A stretch of DNA of 60,000 bases, taken from Mobula hypostoma (Eukaryota). Below the pieces are notes generated by a model. That model was not told where the DNA came from. It worked only from the letters and a program-made list of their open reading frames with translations, and ran no database searches. The position numbers were made by a program, and so were the translations under genes. The stretch spans positions 42,782,001 through 42,842,000 of the forward strand of contig NC_086108.1 in NCBI RefSeq assembly GCF_963921235.1. The letters are read 5' to 3'. Of this stretch, positions 54,101 through 60,000 are shown in pieces; the first letter of the stretch is position 1, and each line of letters starts with the position of its first letter.

Positions 54101-57100
54101 AAGCAGAAAACTGGATCAAATGGCTCAAGAGGACTACCAGGTGGCTGGTTGGTAAAATCTAGGGGCCTCCTCTTTGTGTCTGTTACAGCGGGCATAGGTC
54201 CGAATGATAATATCTTCTTTGAGGCCCTCCATTGGTTGGGGTCAACCATGGATGTTGCATCTCAGGTGTCACAAGCCAGTACACAAGCCTACCACGTAGG
54301 AGGCTCCCCCTCTCGACACAACTGATGAATCCAAAGGAATAACAGAGACCAGTGGCATCACAGGAGTTGCCAGTCAGCACTGAGTTCATAAGACTGCCTT
54401 CGGGACTCCAGCTCCAGAATTTCCCTCAGGGATTACTCCCAAAGACTTCCCAATGAGCGGATATAGCTGCAGAGCAGCAGAGGTTTGAGATCAGAGATTT
54501 TCTTCTCCTAAATTAGCTGCCAACCACAGCTGACAAGCCCCATTTACCCAAATGACTAGTTTTAAGGTGCCAGTAGCCCACCTTTACCCCTTCTCCTGTC
54601 AGTTGAAATGGTGTCACCAGGCTTAGTAGCCCTGCGTGAAGGCCAGGAGCTGGTCTTGGTTTACAGAGGCTATTTGTAATGCATGCCTTTCGGAGCATTT
54701 AATAGGCAGTGGGAGCTTATCCCCTACTATTACAAACATAAGGAAGCAATAATATCCTCAGGACTTGTGAAAAGCATGCAAATAATGAAACACTTAGGTT
54801 CTGTTTTACTTGGGTATAACAGTGAAATTAAAAGGATTTACAAAAACACTCTATCTTCTAGCAGTATCGTGGAACTCATCCAATTATCTTGAAGTGCTCT
54901 GTAAAGATTGGAGCCAAAACTAATCTGGTATACAGAATGTCTGTCCTGCCAACATAAGTAAACATTTGCCCACCTCTTCTCCAAAGCACCATCTTCGCCA
55001 GGGTTCCAAAGTGGCCCTATTTGTAGTGGAAGGATTGCAGTTCTATGGTTCACTGATTTCATAAACCAGCTGGAACATAGGAACTTCACTACAGACACTG
55101 AAATCTTACCATGACCTAAAGTTAAAGATACTATATGCATATGGTATCTTTTATAGTATCTGTGAGCTGGTCTACCTGAACAGATGCTGGTGACCTTTTA
55201 CCGCTGCACTATAGAGAGCATCTTAACATACTGCATCTCTGTGTGGTATCTCAGTTGTACAGCAGCTGATAGGAAAGCACTTCAGCGGGTCATCTCTAGT
55301 GCACAGAAGATCATTGGGATACAGCTCCCAGCCCTGGAGGACACCTACAGCTCTCGCTGCCTAAGGAAAGCTACAAGCATCTGTAAGGACAATACACACC
55401 CATGCAATCATCTGATTGAACTTCTTCCATCTGGCAGACGTTATAAGATTTTCTATGCCCGCACTTCCAGACTGAAAAATAGCTTTATCCCCCAGAGCTA
55501 TAATTGCTCTGAACCAATCAATCAAGCATCATCCATAAATTTGTTATATTGCTACTTCAATACTGGTTTTATGGCTGTCATGCATCTGAGCTGTGCTTTT
55601 GTACTGCTAGACGTTGCTTGTACTGGCTGGTTACTTGATTTTATTTATTGGTTATTTATTTTATTTGTTGTTTTATAGCATTGAGTATGAGGGTTGCAAA
55701 CTCATTTTCGTTGTATTGGTGCATGACAACTGTACTATGCAATGACGATAAAGCTATTTCATTTCATCCAGCATCATTGATTCAAATATCCCGCATTCAG
55801 GGAAAACGGAGATTGAGCACTTAAACTGGCAGTTGGTGGCCCTAATGCTGTAGAGCTGGAGTGGATCAAAATCAGAATCAAATTTATGATCACAAATATA
55901 TATGATGTGAAATGTGTTGTTTTGCAAAAGCAGTGCACTGCAAAGACAGACAAAATACTGTGAATTACAAAGCTAAATAGTGCAACAATAAAGGATTACA
56001 GAGTGGTGTTGATGGGTTCCTGGGCCGTTCAGAGATCCGATGGTGATGGCAAGAAGCTGGCTCTGAGTCTGAGTGTGGTTGTTCAGGCTGCACCGCCTCC
56101 CTGATGGTGGTAAGGAGAAGAGGGCACGTCCCAAGTGAAGAGGGTCCCTGGTGACGAGTGCTACCTTCCTGAGGCACCACCTCAGTAGTGGGGAGTCTTG
56201 TGCCTGGGATAGAGCGAGCCGAGCCTACAGCTCTCTGCAGCCTGTTGTGATCCTGTGCATTGTAATGTCCATACTGTGAAGCAACTAGTCGGAATGCTGT
56301 CCACTATACATCTACGGGCATTTACAAAAGTCTTTGGCAACAGATTGAATCTCTTCAAATGTCGAACTCAGCAGACCACGGCCTCCTCTACTGTAAAGAT
56401 GAAGCCACACTCAGGTTGGAGGAACAACACCTTATATTCTAGCTGGGTAGCCTCCAATCTGATGGCATGAACATCGACTTCTCAAACTTCCGCTAATGCC
56501 CCACCTCCCCCTCGTACCCCATCCGTTATTTATTTATATACACACATTCTTTTTCTCTCTTTGCTTTTTCTCCCTCTGTCCATCTCACTATACCCCTTGC
56601 CCATCCTCTGGGTAATCCCCCCTCCCCCTTTTCTTTCTCCCTGGGCCTCCTGTCCCGTGATCCTCTCATATCCCTTTTGCCAATCACCTGTCCAGCTCTT
56701 GGCTCCATCCCTCCCCCTCCTGTTCTCTCCTATCATTTCGGATCTCCCCCTCCCCCTCCCACTTTCAAATCTCTTACTAGCTCTTCCTTCAGTTAGTCCT
56801 GACGAAGGGTCTCGGCCTGAAACGTCGACTGTACTTCCTCCTCGAGATGCTGCCTGGCCTGCTGCGTTCACCAGCAACTTTGATGTGTGTTGCTTGAAAT
56901 TCCAGCATCTGCAGACCACGGTCATGCTTTCTTTGTGATTGCATCGATGGTGTTGGGCCCAGGTTGCATCCTCTGAGATGTCAGCGTTCAGGGACGTGAA
57001 GCTACTCACCCTCTTCACAGCTGATCCTTCAAAGAGGACCAGTATCTGTTCTCCCAAGCTCCCCATCCTGAGGAACACAATCAATTGTTTGGTCTTTCTG

Positions 57101-58230
57101 ACGTTGAACGTGAGGCTGTAGTTATGACACCATACAACCAGTCGATCTATCTAATTCCTATTTGCCTCCTTGTTAACACCTGAGGAACAGTGGTGATGTT
57201 AGCAAATTTATAAATGGCATTTGAGTTGTGTTTAGTTGTGCTCAGTTATGAATGTAGAAAGAGTAGAGCAGTGGGCTAAGCATTCATTGCTGAGGTGTTG
57301 CTGTGTTGATTGTCATTGAGGAGATAATACTACTGATCAGCAATGCCTGTGGTTTCCTGATAAGGAACTCGAGGAGCCAACTGCAAAGGGAGATGCAGAG
57401 GTAGAGGTCCAGATTTTGAAGCTTGGTGTTTAGGACTAAGGGAATGGTAGTGTTGAAATCTATCAACATGTAATCGATAAACAGCAACCTGACATGTTTT
57501 GAAGTTTTGTATGTCATCTTAAGTAGCAGGATTGATGGTAGAAAGAAATGATTTTACATATTTTTCTCCAGTCATTTTTACTGTTTGTATTTCCCTTTCT
57601 ACAGCATCATGTGCCCCAAATGAAATTGTTGCGGAAGTGGATTGTAACTCCAACAAAGTGGTTGTGTCCTGGGGAAGGACTAATGCAGCAATCTCATTCG
57701 ATGTAACTGCTGAGGGAAGTGATGGTCATACACACTCACACAACACAACAGAGACACGCCATGAAATGCTGGATTTACACTGTGGACAGTCCTATAACAT
57801 AACCGTAACGACTCTGAGTTACAGCCGGCATGGCATTTCGAGTACTTCCATCCAAATACAAACTGGTAAAGTAATTAATCATTTAGTTACATCTACTGAG
57901 GAAATAATTTTACCTTGTTTGTTTACACAATTGCATAATAATAAATATTTCTCTCTATTTTCTAAATAGCACCCTGCATTCCTGAGAATCTAACGGCTGA
58001 GCTTAATTGTGATTTGAACACAATATCCTTCTGGTGGGATGAGACTGCTGGAGCAAAGTTATACACTGTGACTGTTCGAGACAGTCAAAGAGTTACGGCT
58101 TTATTCAACACAAGTGATACAAGGGCTCAAATCCGGGACCTGCAGTGTGGTGAATATTATACAATCTCTGTCCTAGCAACAGATGACATCTGCAGGAGGC
58201 CCCAGGGAGCAGTGGTGAATGTACATTCAG
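1478..58230 (+). CDS. FNDC7-like: Internal part of a large multi-exon gene for a Cys-rich tandem FN3 protein (FNDC7-like). 24 exons in window, 6264 nt / 2088 aa spliced; both ends outside the window
   Basis: 24 phase 1-1 exons of 255-270 bp, each with pyrimidine tract+AG and a GT donor. Shared FN3 consensus (A/V)PCxPxNVxAxLDC..W...GA..Y..TA.G.DG...C......C...L.CG..Y...V.A....C.S...T resembles FNDC7 repeats (recognised from memory, no search run). Confidence 0.88.
3160..3442 (-). mobile_element. Penelope-derived terminal segment with an inverted end and a hammerhead motif mutated GAAA>AAAA
   Basis: Reverse complement of 3221-3260 is AGTCCTGACGAAGGGTCTTGGCCCAAAACGTCGACTGTAC; matches 56690-56915. 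Confidence 0.75.
3618..3878 (+). CDS. FN3 exon 2, 261 bp
   Basis: tcaacag|CGGTA... GAAACAC|gtacgt; VSPVQDVKAVYSCLADSAVLSW...IFET. Confidence 0.9.
4120..4720 (+). mobile_element. Degenerate CR1-group LINE fragments
   Basis: KAF..YIK.K...ERV.P..DKGGNLC..PEEV.EVL.EY.AS.F-like peptide, SPGP.G motif, CR1-like 3' end. Confidence 0.7.
5142..5405 (+). CDS. FN3 exon 3, 264 bp
   Basis: cctgtag|AGCCC... CACAG|gtgtgt; PCTPQDFQVDRDCHSN...AIRT. Confidence 0.92.
6200..6885 (-). mobile_element. CR1/L2-group LINE 3' fragment
   Basis: Minus-strand peptide KSWNSLANSTVDVPTPQGLQQFKKASHRHFLK (LINE ORF2 C-terminus), AATAAAT-type tail. Confidence 0.7.
7036..7296 (+). CDS. FN3 exon 4, 261 bp
   Basis: tttgcag|CCCCT... 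AACAG|gtagga; APCIPEDVKASSDC...FGET. Confidence 0.93.
7866..8126 (+). CDS. FN3 exon 5, 261 bp
   Basis: ccccag|CACCC... GACAG|gtaagc; APCTPANVQTQLDC...NFVT. Confidence 0.93.
8967..9233 (+). CDS. FN3 exon 6, 267 bp
   Basis: tttatag|CTCCA... CTTAG|gtaagt; APCTPQNVAAQLDC...ISNL. Confidence 0.92.
9428..9850 (-). mobile_element. Young CR1-group LINE 3' fragment
   Basis: TRGHGLRVKGEKFKGNIRGGFFTQRVVGVWNELP motif; (TTTCTATGG)n tail. Confidence 0.88.
9853..10052 (-). mobile_element. Older CR1 RT fragment, paralogous to 12800-13100
   Basis: FSDGTKI...LQRDADQLCKWAKEWQMEFNLDKC (degenerate FADDTK region). Confidence 0.8.
10120..10377 (+). CDS. FN3 exon 7, 258 bp
   Basis: atatcag|ATTGC... AACAG|gtactg; DCQPWNVTGNLNC...QTET. 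Confidence 0.88.
11340..11600 (+). mobile_element. Degenerate V-domain-type SINE fragment
   Basis: ...tttatcctgggtgctccagccttcacccacacctcaaag resembles the V-SINE core. Confidence 0.4.
11855..11907 (+). repeat. (TC)n microsatellite forming the pyrimidine tract of exon 8
   Basis: Seen directly. Confidence 0.95.
11918..12178 (+). CDS. FN3 exon 8, 261 bp
   Basis: (TC)n..cgtgaag|CACCC... GACAG|gtacgg; APCVPQNVNAHLDC...ALET. Confidence 0.9.
12800..13430 (-). mobile_element. CR1 RT fragment interrupted by a short young CR1 3' tail (13108-13225)
   Basis: GVHQGSGLGPLLLIIYINDL...FADGTKI motif. Confidence 0.8.
13702..13962 (+). CDS. FN3 exon 9, 261 bp
   Basis: ttgacag|CACCT... CACAG|gtgaac; APCPPVIISGYPDC...QLHT. 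Confidence 0.92.
14121..14697 (+). mobile_element. Internally deleted Tc1-like element with transposase N-terminal HTH remnant
   Basis: TIR-like GTGGCCACTTTATTAGG at left, inverted copy at 14671-14697; GKKCD.S..D.GMIVGAR..GLSISET.DLLG.S.TTVSRV. Confidence 0.8.
15797..15837 (+). repeat. (TG)n microsatellite
   Basis: Seen directly. Confidence 0.95.
15998..16258 (+). CDS. FN3 exon 10, 261 bp
   Basis: ctcatag|TACCA... AACAG|gtactc; VPCVPQIVNAVVDC...EIQT. Confidence 0.93.
16298..16600. mobile_element. Penelope-derived fold-back element containing a copy of the exon-10 acceptor region
   Basis: Inverted arms ACACAAAATGCTGG...CCAGCATTTTGTGT; insert 16419-16524 matches 15971-16078. Confidence 0.8.
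16419..16544 (+). pseudogene. Partial duplicate of exon 10 (acceptor plus about 80 nt), in-frame TGA at 16542-16544
   Basis: Near-identical to 15971-16078 (3 substitutions in the coding part). Confidence 0.9.
18009..18269 (+). CDS. FN3 exon 11, 261 bp
   Basis: atttcag|CACCC... GACAG|gtaact; APCSLQNVTAYIDC...QMKT. Confidence 0.93.
19221..19481 (+). CDS. FN3 exon 12, 261 bp
   Basis: tcccaag|CCCCT... AACAG|gtgggg; APCAPELVDVAVQC...QFQT. Confidence 0.91.
20105..20690 (-). mobile_element. Non-autonomous bipartite RTE-derived element
   Basis: Minus strand has GGCAGTCCATCTAAGAGAGGGAAAACTCTGATTTCAAACC (RTE 5'-UTR-type motif); 3' part shared with SINEs at 1015 and 32628; homologue at 54345-54730. 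Confidence 0.65.
21165..21425 (+). CDS. FN3 exon 13, 261 bp
   Basis: tcaatag|CACCA... CACAG|gtaaca; APCVPQDVEASVAC...IVHT. Confidence 0.93.
22085..23270 (-). mobile_element. CR1-group 3' fragment with a nested insertion (22521-23155)
   Basis: LQLYKTLVRLHLEYFIQFWSPHY on one side of the insert and TRRHTFKVRGG on the other. Confidence 0.8.
22521..23155 (-). mobile_element. Non-coding, non-autonomous LINE-derived element (Rex/Babar-like ends); second copy at 40670-41240
   Basis: Minus strand starts GAAGATGGCAGC and ends AATAAAAG...(AATCT)n; about 570 bp shared with 40670-41240. Confidence 0.7.
23272..25092 (+). mobile_element. Tc1-like DNA transposon with long TIRs; transposase pseudogene about 23900-24878
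   Basis: Inverted termini ~23272-23445 / ~24880-25092; MKTKEHSKQ..., WSDETK, WGCF.AAG.G.LVKVE..MNAAKYREILEENL, ends GASTKY*; frameshifted. Confidence 0.9.
23502..23768 (+). mobile_element. Short L1-type 3' end inserted in the Tc1 element, 15-bp TSD AGAAGTCACATCATT
   Basis: TSD copies at 23487-23501 and 23769-23783; tail AATAAAAAGATTTGAAAAGAAAG like the L1 tail near 32046. Confidence 0.85.
25100..28710 (-). mobile_element. Long degenerate CR1 LINE (ORF1 SGNH-esterase remnant plus ORF2 EN/RT remnants), interrupted
   Basis: 27594-27968: VVSGLLPVP..NEWLRNWCRRQGFRFL..W..FWGRDDLYKRDVLHLN; 25643-25987: IKDNPKAFFTYIRSKR. Confidence 0.8.
25988..26572 (+). mobile_element. Rex1/Babar-type LINE 3' fragment nested in the CR1
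   Basis: TLANFCRCTVESILTDCITIWYG..TAQDRKKLQKVV (Rex/Babar ORF C-terminal motif). Confidence 0.85.
29008..29325 (-). mobile_element. CR1-group 3' fragment, head-to-head with the L1
   Basis: (CATAGAAA)n tail; TRGHSFKVLG-type sequence on minus strand. Confidence 0.8.
29326..32072 (+). mobile_element. 5'-truncated L1-clade LINE: uninterrupted 795-aa ORF2 part (29330-31717), T-rich 3' UTR, AATAAA 32046-32051, (GAAA)n tail
   Basis: KAPGPDGF, YRPISLLN.D.K, QTGFIKGR, SLDAEKAFDRVEW, GTRQGCPLSPLLF, YADD, YLGI, and C-terminal CDRC..HMFWSC knuckle. Confidence 0.95.
32128..32388 (+). CDS. FN3 exon 14, 261 bp
   Basis: catgtag|CACCC... GTCAG|gtaata; APCLPTNVTASIDC...EIQS. Confidence 0.93.
32628..32910 (+). 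mobile_element. tRNA-derived SINE with RTE-related tail
   Basis: A box TGGCCAAGTGG, B box GAGTTCGAGCC; body shared with 1015-1312 and 20105-20290. Confidence 0.85.
33060..33850 (-). mobile_element. Non-coding, non-autonomous LINE-derived element
   Basis: Minus strand starts AAGATGGCAGC and ends in (TGAACT)n; same layout as 22521-23155. Confidence 0.5.
34420..34700 (+). mobile_element. CR1-group 3' fragment
   Basis: KVVNIWNKLPKAVVEA...FKGHLDMYM. Confidence 0.75.
35481..35741 (+). CDS. FN3 exon 15, 261 bp
   Basis: ttttcag|CACCG... TTCAG|gtggtt; APCAPEDVKAHLNC...KFYS. Confidence 0.92.
36900..37462 (+). mobile_element. CR1-group 3' fragment
   Basis: [35 protein letters not shown]; (TTCTATGG) tail. 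Confidence 0.9.
38824..39084 (+). CDS. FN3 exon 16, 261 bp
   Basis: ttttcag|TCCCC... GACAG|gtaact; VPCEPQNVEVQLDC...NIQT. Confidence 0.93.
39138..39166 (+). repeat. (ATTT)n microsatellite
   Basis: Seen directly. Confidence 0.9.
39646..40015 (+). mobile_element. CR1-group 3' fragment
   Basis: MRGDLTKVYKIMRG..TRGHRLRVKG..FFTQRV. Confidence 0.85.
40670..41240 (-). mobile_element. 5'-truncated second copy of the 22521-23155 element
   Basis: Direct sequence similarity. Confidence 0.8.
41517..42160 (+). mobile_element. CR1-group 3' fragment with an open ORF2 C-terminal 182 codons
   Basis: ISRGIEYRSRDVMLRLYKVLVRPHLEYCGQFWSPYL; (TCTTATGG)n tail. Confidence 0.9.
42758..43018 (+). CDS. FN3 exon 17, 261 bp
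   Basis: atttcag|CCCCT... GACAG|gtaaaa; APCSPQNVNAYLDC...TTET. Confidence 0.93.
43251..43511 (+). CDS. FN3 exon 18, 261 bp
   Basis: tgtacag|CACCT... AACAG|gtaatg; APCIPQNVVAHINC...AVKT. Confidence 0.93.
43633..43887 (+). CDS. FN3 exon 19, 255 bp
   Basis: cttgcag|TACCG... AACAG|gtaact; VPCVPQNVNAYMDC...TMRT. Confidence 0.93.
44249..45429. mobile_element. Solo LTR (1181 bp), TGTCA...TGACA, 5-bp TSD GTCCT
   Basis: TSD at 44244-44248 and 45430-45434; internal 66-bp tandem repeat and (CCAAGT)n. Confidence 0.85.
44741..44950 (+). repeat. 66-bp tandem repeat, 3 copies plus a partial, inside the LTR
   Basis: Units start at 44741, 44807, 44873 and 44939 (TGTCTCTT...). Confidence 0.9.
45745..46082 (+). 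mobile_element. Penelope-derived 3' segment with degenerate hammerhead motif
   Basis: Pyrimidine-rich tract, then AGTCCTGTTGCAGGGTCTCGGCCCGAAACATTGACTG. Confidence 0.75.
46181..46441 (+). CDS. FN3 exon 20, 261 bp
   Basis: tttctag|TTTCG... AACTG|gtaggt; VSCIPQNLDVHVDC...EFET. Confidence 0.93.
46505..46725 (+). mobile_element. Short LINE 3' end (Rex/Babar-like) with (TATC)n tail
   Basis: AATAAAG followed by TATCTATCTATCTA. Confidence 0.55.
47704..48255. mobile_element. Tc1-type MITE composite with a TIR hairpin at each end, TA-flanked
   Basis: TA-CAGTACTG(C/T)GCAAAAGTCTTAGGC-type TIR and its inverse at 47704-47770 and 48181-48255. Confidence 0.75.
48990..49400 (+). mobile_element. Tx1/L1-type LINE 3' remnant
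   Basis: AHHRLQEYVLRDTLKFGADTTRAQW resembles a Tx1-like ORF2 C-terminus. Confidence 0.6.
49997..50254 (+). CDS. FN3 exon 21, 258 bp
   Basis: tttgcag|CCCCT... AACAG|gtgaga; APCVVKYISTNLDC...ETKT. Confidence 0.93.
50622..50922 (+). mobile_element. CpG-rich tRNA-derived SINE with A-tail
   Basis: A box TGGTGGCGCAACG, B box GGGTTCGAAAC, terminal A-run. Confidence 0.75.
50980..51700. mobile_element. Inverted pair of Penelope 3' segments plus a partial repeat
   Basis: Minus copy ~50985-51235; plus copy 51240-51620 begins with GMNIDFSNFR*; both have degenerate hammerhead motifs. Confidence 0.8.
52390..52608. mobile_element. Penelope-derived palindromic mini-element with 12-bp TSD CAAATTTCTTTC
   Basis: TSD at 52378-52389 and 52609-52620; arms ~52436-52512 / ~52531-52607. 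Confidence 0.88.
53132..53386 (+). CDS. FN3 exon 22, 255 bp (lacks Cys2)
   Basis: cctgaag|CCCCT... AACAG|gtgata; APCPPQNVHADGAG...EIQT. Confidence 0.9.
54345..54730 (-). mobile_element. RTE-derived non-autonomous fragment, homologue of 20290-20680
   Basis: Direct sequence similarity. Confidence 0.7.
55150..55768 (+). mobile_element. Rex1/Babar-type LINE 3' fragment
   Basis: LVTFYRCTIESILTYCISVWY..CTAADRKALQRVI...LLPSGRRY...RLKNSFIP. Confidence 0.9.
56380..56915 (+). mobile_element. Penelope-like element 3' end: GIY-YIG ORF C-terminal remnant (56380-56496), pyrimidine-rich UTR, hammerhead motif
   Basis: GLLYCKDEATLRLEEQHLIF*LGSLQSDGMNIDFSNFR*; flanked by GCAGACCACGG at 56371-56381 and 56911-56921. 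Confidence 0.82.
56795..56830 (+). ncRNA. Minimal type I hammerhead ribozyme motif (Penelope-associated), intact core, predicted cleavage after C56826
   Basis: AGTC-CTGACGA-AGGGTCTCGGCCT-GAAA-CGTC-GACT: stem I AGTC/GACT, core CUGACGA...GAAA, GUC triplet, palindromic ACGT in place of stem III. Confidence 0.72.
57605..57865 (+). CDS. FN3 exon 23, 261 bp (His-rich; Cys3, 4 and 6 lost)
   Basis: tctacag|CATCA... AACTG|gtaaag; ASCAPNEIVAEVDC...DGHTHSHNTTETRHE...QIQT. Confidence 0.92.
57970..58230 (+). CDS. FN3 exon 24, 261 bp (Cys3 and 4 lost)
   Basis: taaatag|CACCC... TTCAG|gtatct; APCIPENLTAELNC...NVHS. Confidence 0.92.
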
Positions 58231-58727
58231 GTATCTTTCAATTTCATGTAATATATTAGCATGTGAACCCTTGTATTCTACAGAGAATATGCACAAGTCA
58301 TTGCTTTTTTTCATGTTAATCACTCTCTTGATAAATGGATTTTGGATAAAGTTATAATTTTCCTTCTTATCCTTTTTGTTGCTGGTGTCTTTGACCTGGC
58401 AAAGTCAAGGGAATACATTGTTTGTAGCTTCAAAAGCATTTCGTCCGCATTGCAGAGGCAAATCACCTGAAGTTTCTCCGTATCGAGGTTTAAAGGTCAC
58501 AATATTCCAGCAATTCTCTGTTCCAGCAAGGATTGAACAAGACTGTTCGATCTTAAAGAGTGGATGTTAGAGGCAGGTGTCTGAAACAGGTGATCCTTTA
58601 TTAATACCTGCGCAGCAAATAGGGAAATGCGTTACTTATAAATCCACTGCATGATACATCTCCTTTGTGTCCAGTAAAAGCTGGTTTGCAAAAGATACAG
58701 CTGAACCTTCAGGTTAGAGGATCCATA

Positions 58728-59720
58728 TAAAGTTTGAGCACCCCTTATCTGAAATTCCAAAATCTGACAACCTCTGAAATCTGAAATTTCTTTGAGTGCT
58801 GACATGATGTCACAAATGGAAAATTCCACAAGATGCTGGGAACGTTCCCAGGCACATGCATAAGTCTCTGCACTCCACAGACAATTCTGAGAGCTGTCCT
58901 CAGATACGTAATGAACAGAAGTTAATGAAAAATCAAAAAACTCCGCAAAAAGCGGAAAACGAAGATCTCGAATGTGTATTGAAAGAGTGGATGGAGTGAA
59001 CATATGCCGCTTAACATATGTTGATCATGAAACAAGCAAAGGTCTATCACGATGAACTGAAACAAAGGTAATTGTGAATATTTAGCAGGCTGGTTGCACA
59101 CATTTAAGAAAAGGCACAGCATTAACTTTTTAAAGATTTTGGTCTTGAAGCATCTGGTGATTATGAAACAAATTAGTTTGCCAAGATCACTGCTGATGAA
59201 AATCTAACATGCTGAATGGCTGAATCAGTATATAAGTGTGATGAGTAAGCATAAGACAAAGACTACTTACTGGTAGCACATAAATCCAGAAATGATGGTG
59301 ATTCCAAACACACTGACTGTACACCTAGGCAGCCATGGTATTGATAGCTTACCTTTCTGATGGTTCAGTGTACACATTATTGTTTCATGCACAAAATTAT
59401 TAAAAATAGATTAGATTCATAGAAAAGTACAGTATAGAAACTGGCCCTTTGGCCCATCTAGTCCATGCAGAACCATTTAAACTGCTTATTCCCATTAACC
59501 TGCACCCGGGCCATAGTCCTCTATAACCCTGCCATCCATGTACCCAGACAAACTTATTTTATCATGCAAAACTTCTTCCAGGGTGCATGTATAAGCAGTG
59601 TATGCGATGTAGATGGATTTCTTGTTTAGTCTTGTGTCCCATTGATGCAAATATTGCAAAATATGAAGTCCAAAATCTTTCGGGCTCCAAGTATTTTGGA
59701 TAAGGGGTGCTCAACCTGTA
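58728..59720 (+). mobile_element. Tigger/pogo-like DNA transposon remnant (CENP-B-type HTH) with a CR1 tail inserted ~59410-59560
   Basis: TIR TTGAGCACCCCTTATC at ~58734 and its inverse GATAAGGGGTGCTCAACCTGTA ending 59720; NEDLECVLKEW..IMKQAK..GWL..FKKRH remnant. Confidence 0.8.
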
Positions 59721-60000
59721 TGCTGAAATTAGATGCATTTGGTCTTCTGAAATATTTTCCAGAAGGCTTTAACTTTGTTCCTAACTGAATCTAGATTGCC
59801 ACAATCCTTGTGCCAGATGCAAATAGTTATTTATTTGGCATGGAGGTTTGCCCTTCAGGAATCAAAGACTTGCCCCTCTTTTTATTCCCCTCCCCCCCAC
59901 CATACTTGTATGCACCATCTGCAGAGATAGCTATCACATCTTGGCAATTGGTAATCCCTGTTTATTATCTTAAAATAACACATTTTTCAGGTACATCAGT

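Larger units (their letters stand above)
55865..57500 (-). mobile_element. Degenerate Rex1/Babar LINE split by the Penelope insert
   Basis: Minus-strand VRLLFIDY..FNTTIP..L..KL and (TGATTC) tail near 55870. Confidence 0.7.

Noticed and set aside
1478..58230. Dscam-style mutually exclusive exon cluster
   Set aside because: I saw no shared docking/selector sequences, introns are long enough for ordinary joining, and the Cys balance between neighbours fits serial inclusion. Simple skipping remains possible.
3406..58323. Antisense and alternative-frame ORFs overlapping FN3 exons, and other 60-180 aa ORFs, as independent genes
   Set aside because: They are shadow frames of exons or translations of repeat fragments, with no splice-site or domain support.
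59981..60000. ttttcag at the window end as the acceptor of a 25th exon
   Set aside because: Only 10 nt follow and they do not start with the (A/V)PC pattern; cannot be judged.

Overview
Eukaryotic genomic DNA; the repeat content suggests a cartilaginous fish, probably a ray (inference). The window lies entirely inside one large + strand gene whose start and stop codons are outside it. I count 24 consecutive coding exons between 1478 and 58230. Each is 255-270 bp (17 are exactly 261 bp), has AG/GT boundaries, is phase 1-1 and encodes one fibronectin type III (FN3) domain, mostly with six Cys. Spliced together they give 6264 nt (2088 aa) with no stop: a greatly expanded FNDC7-like protein. The introns are dense with mobile elements: CR1-group, Rex/Babar, L1 (one uninterrupted 795-codon ORF2 segment), Tx1, RTE-derived and tRNA-derived SINEs, Tc1 and Tigger remnants, a solo LTR and Penelope-derived elements. 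Most notable: (i) Cys gains and losses across the array suggest inter-domain disulfides, a three-domain odd-Cys patch and a Cys-to-His domain; (ii) Penelope-derived fold-back elements carry minimal hammerhead-ribozyme motifs, one intact on the sense strand of an intron and one hairpin with a 12-bp target-site duplication (TSD); (iii) a copy of the exon-10 acceptor and 5' end sits inside one such hairpin; (iv) introns 6 and 8 are paralogous, pointing to a two-exon duplication. All calls were made by eye. Exon and TSD coordinates were counted; most repeat boundaries are approximate.
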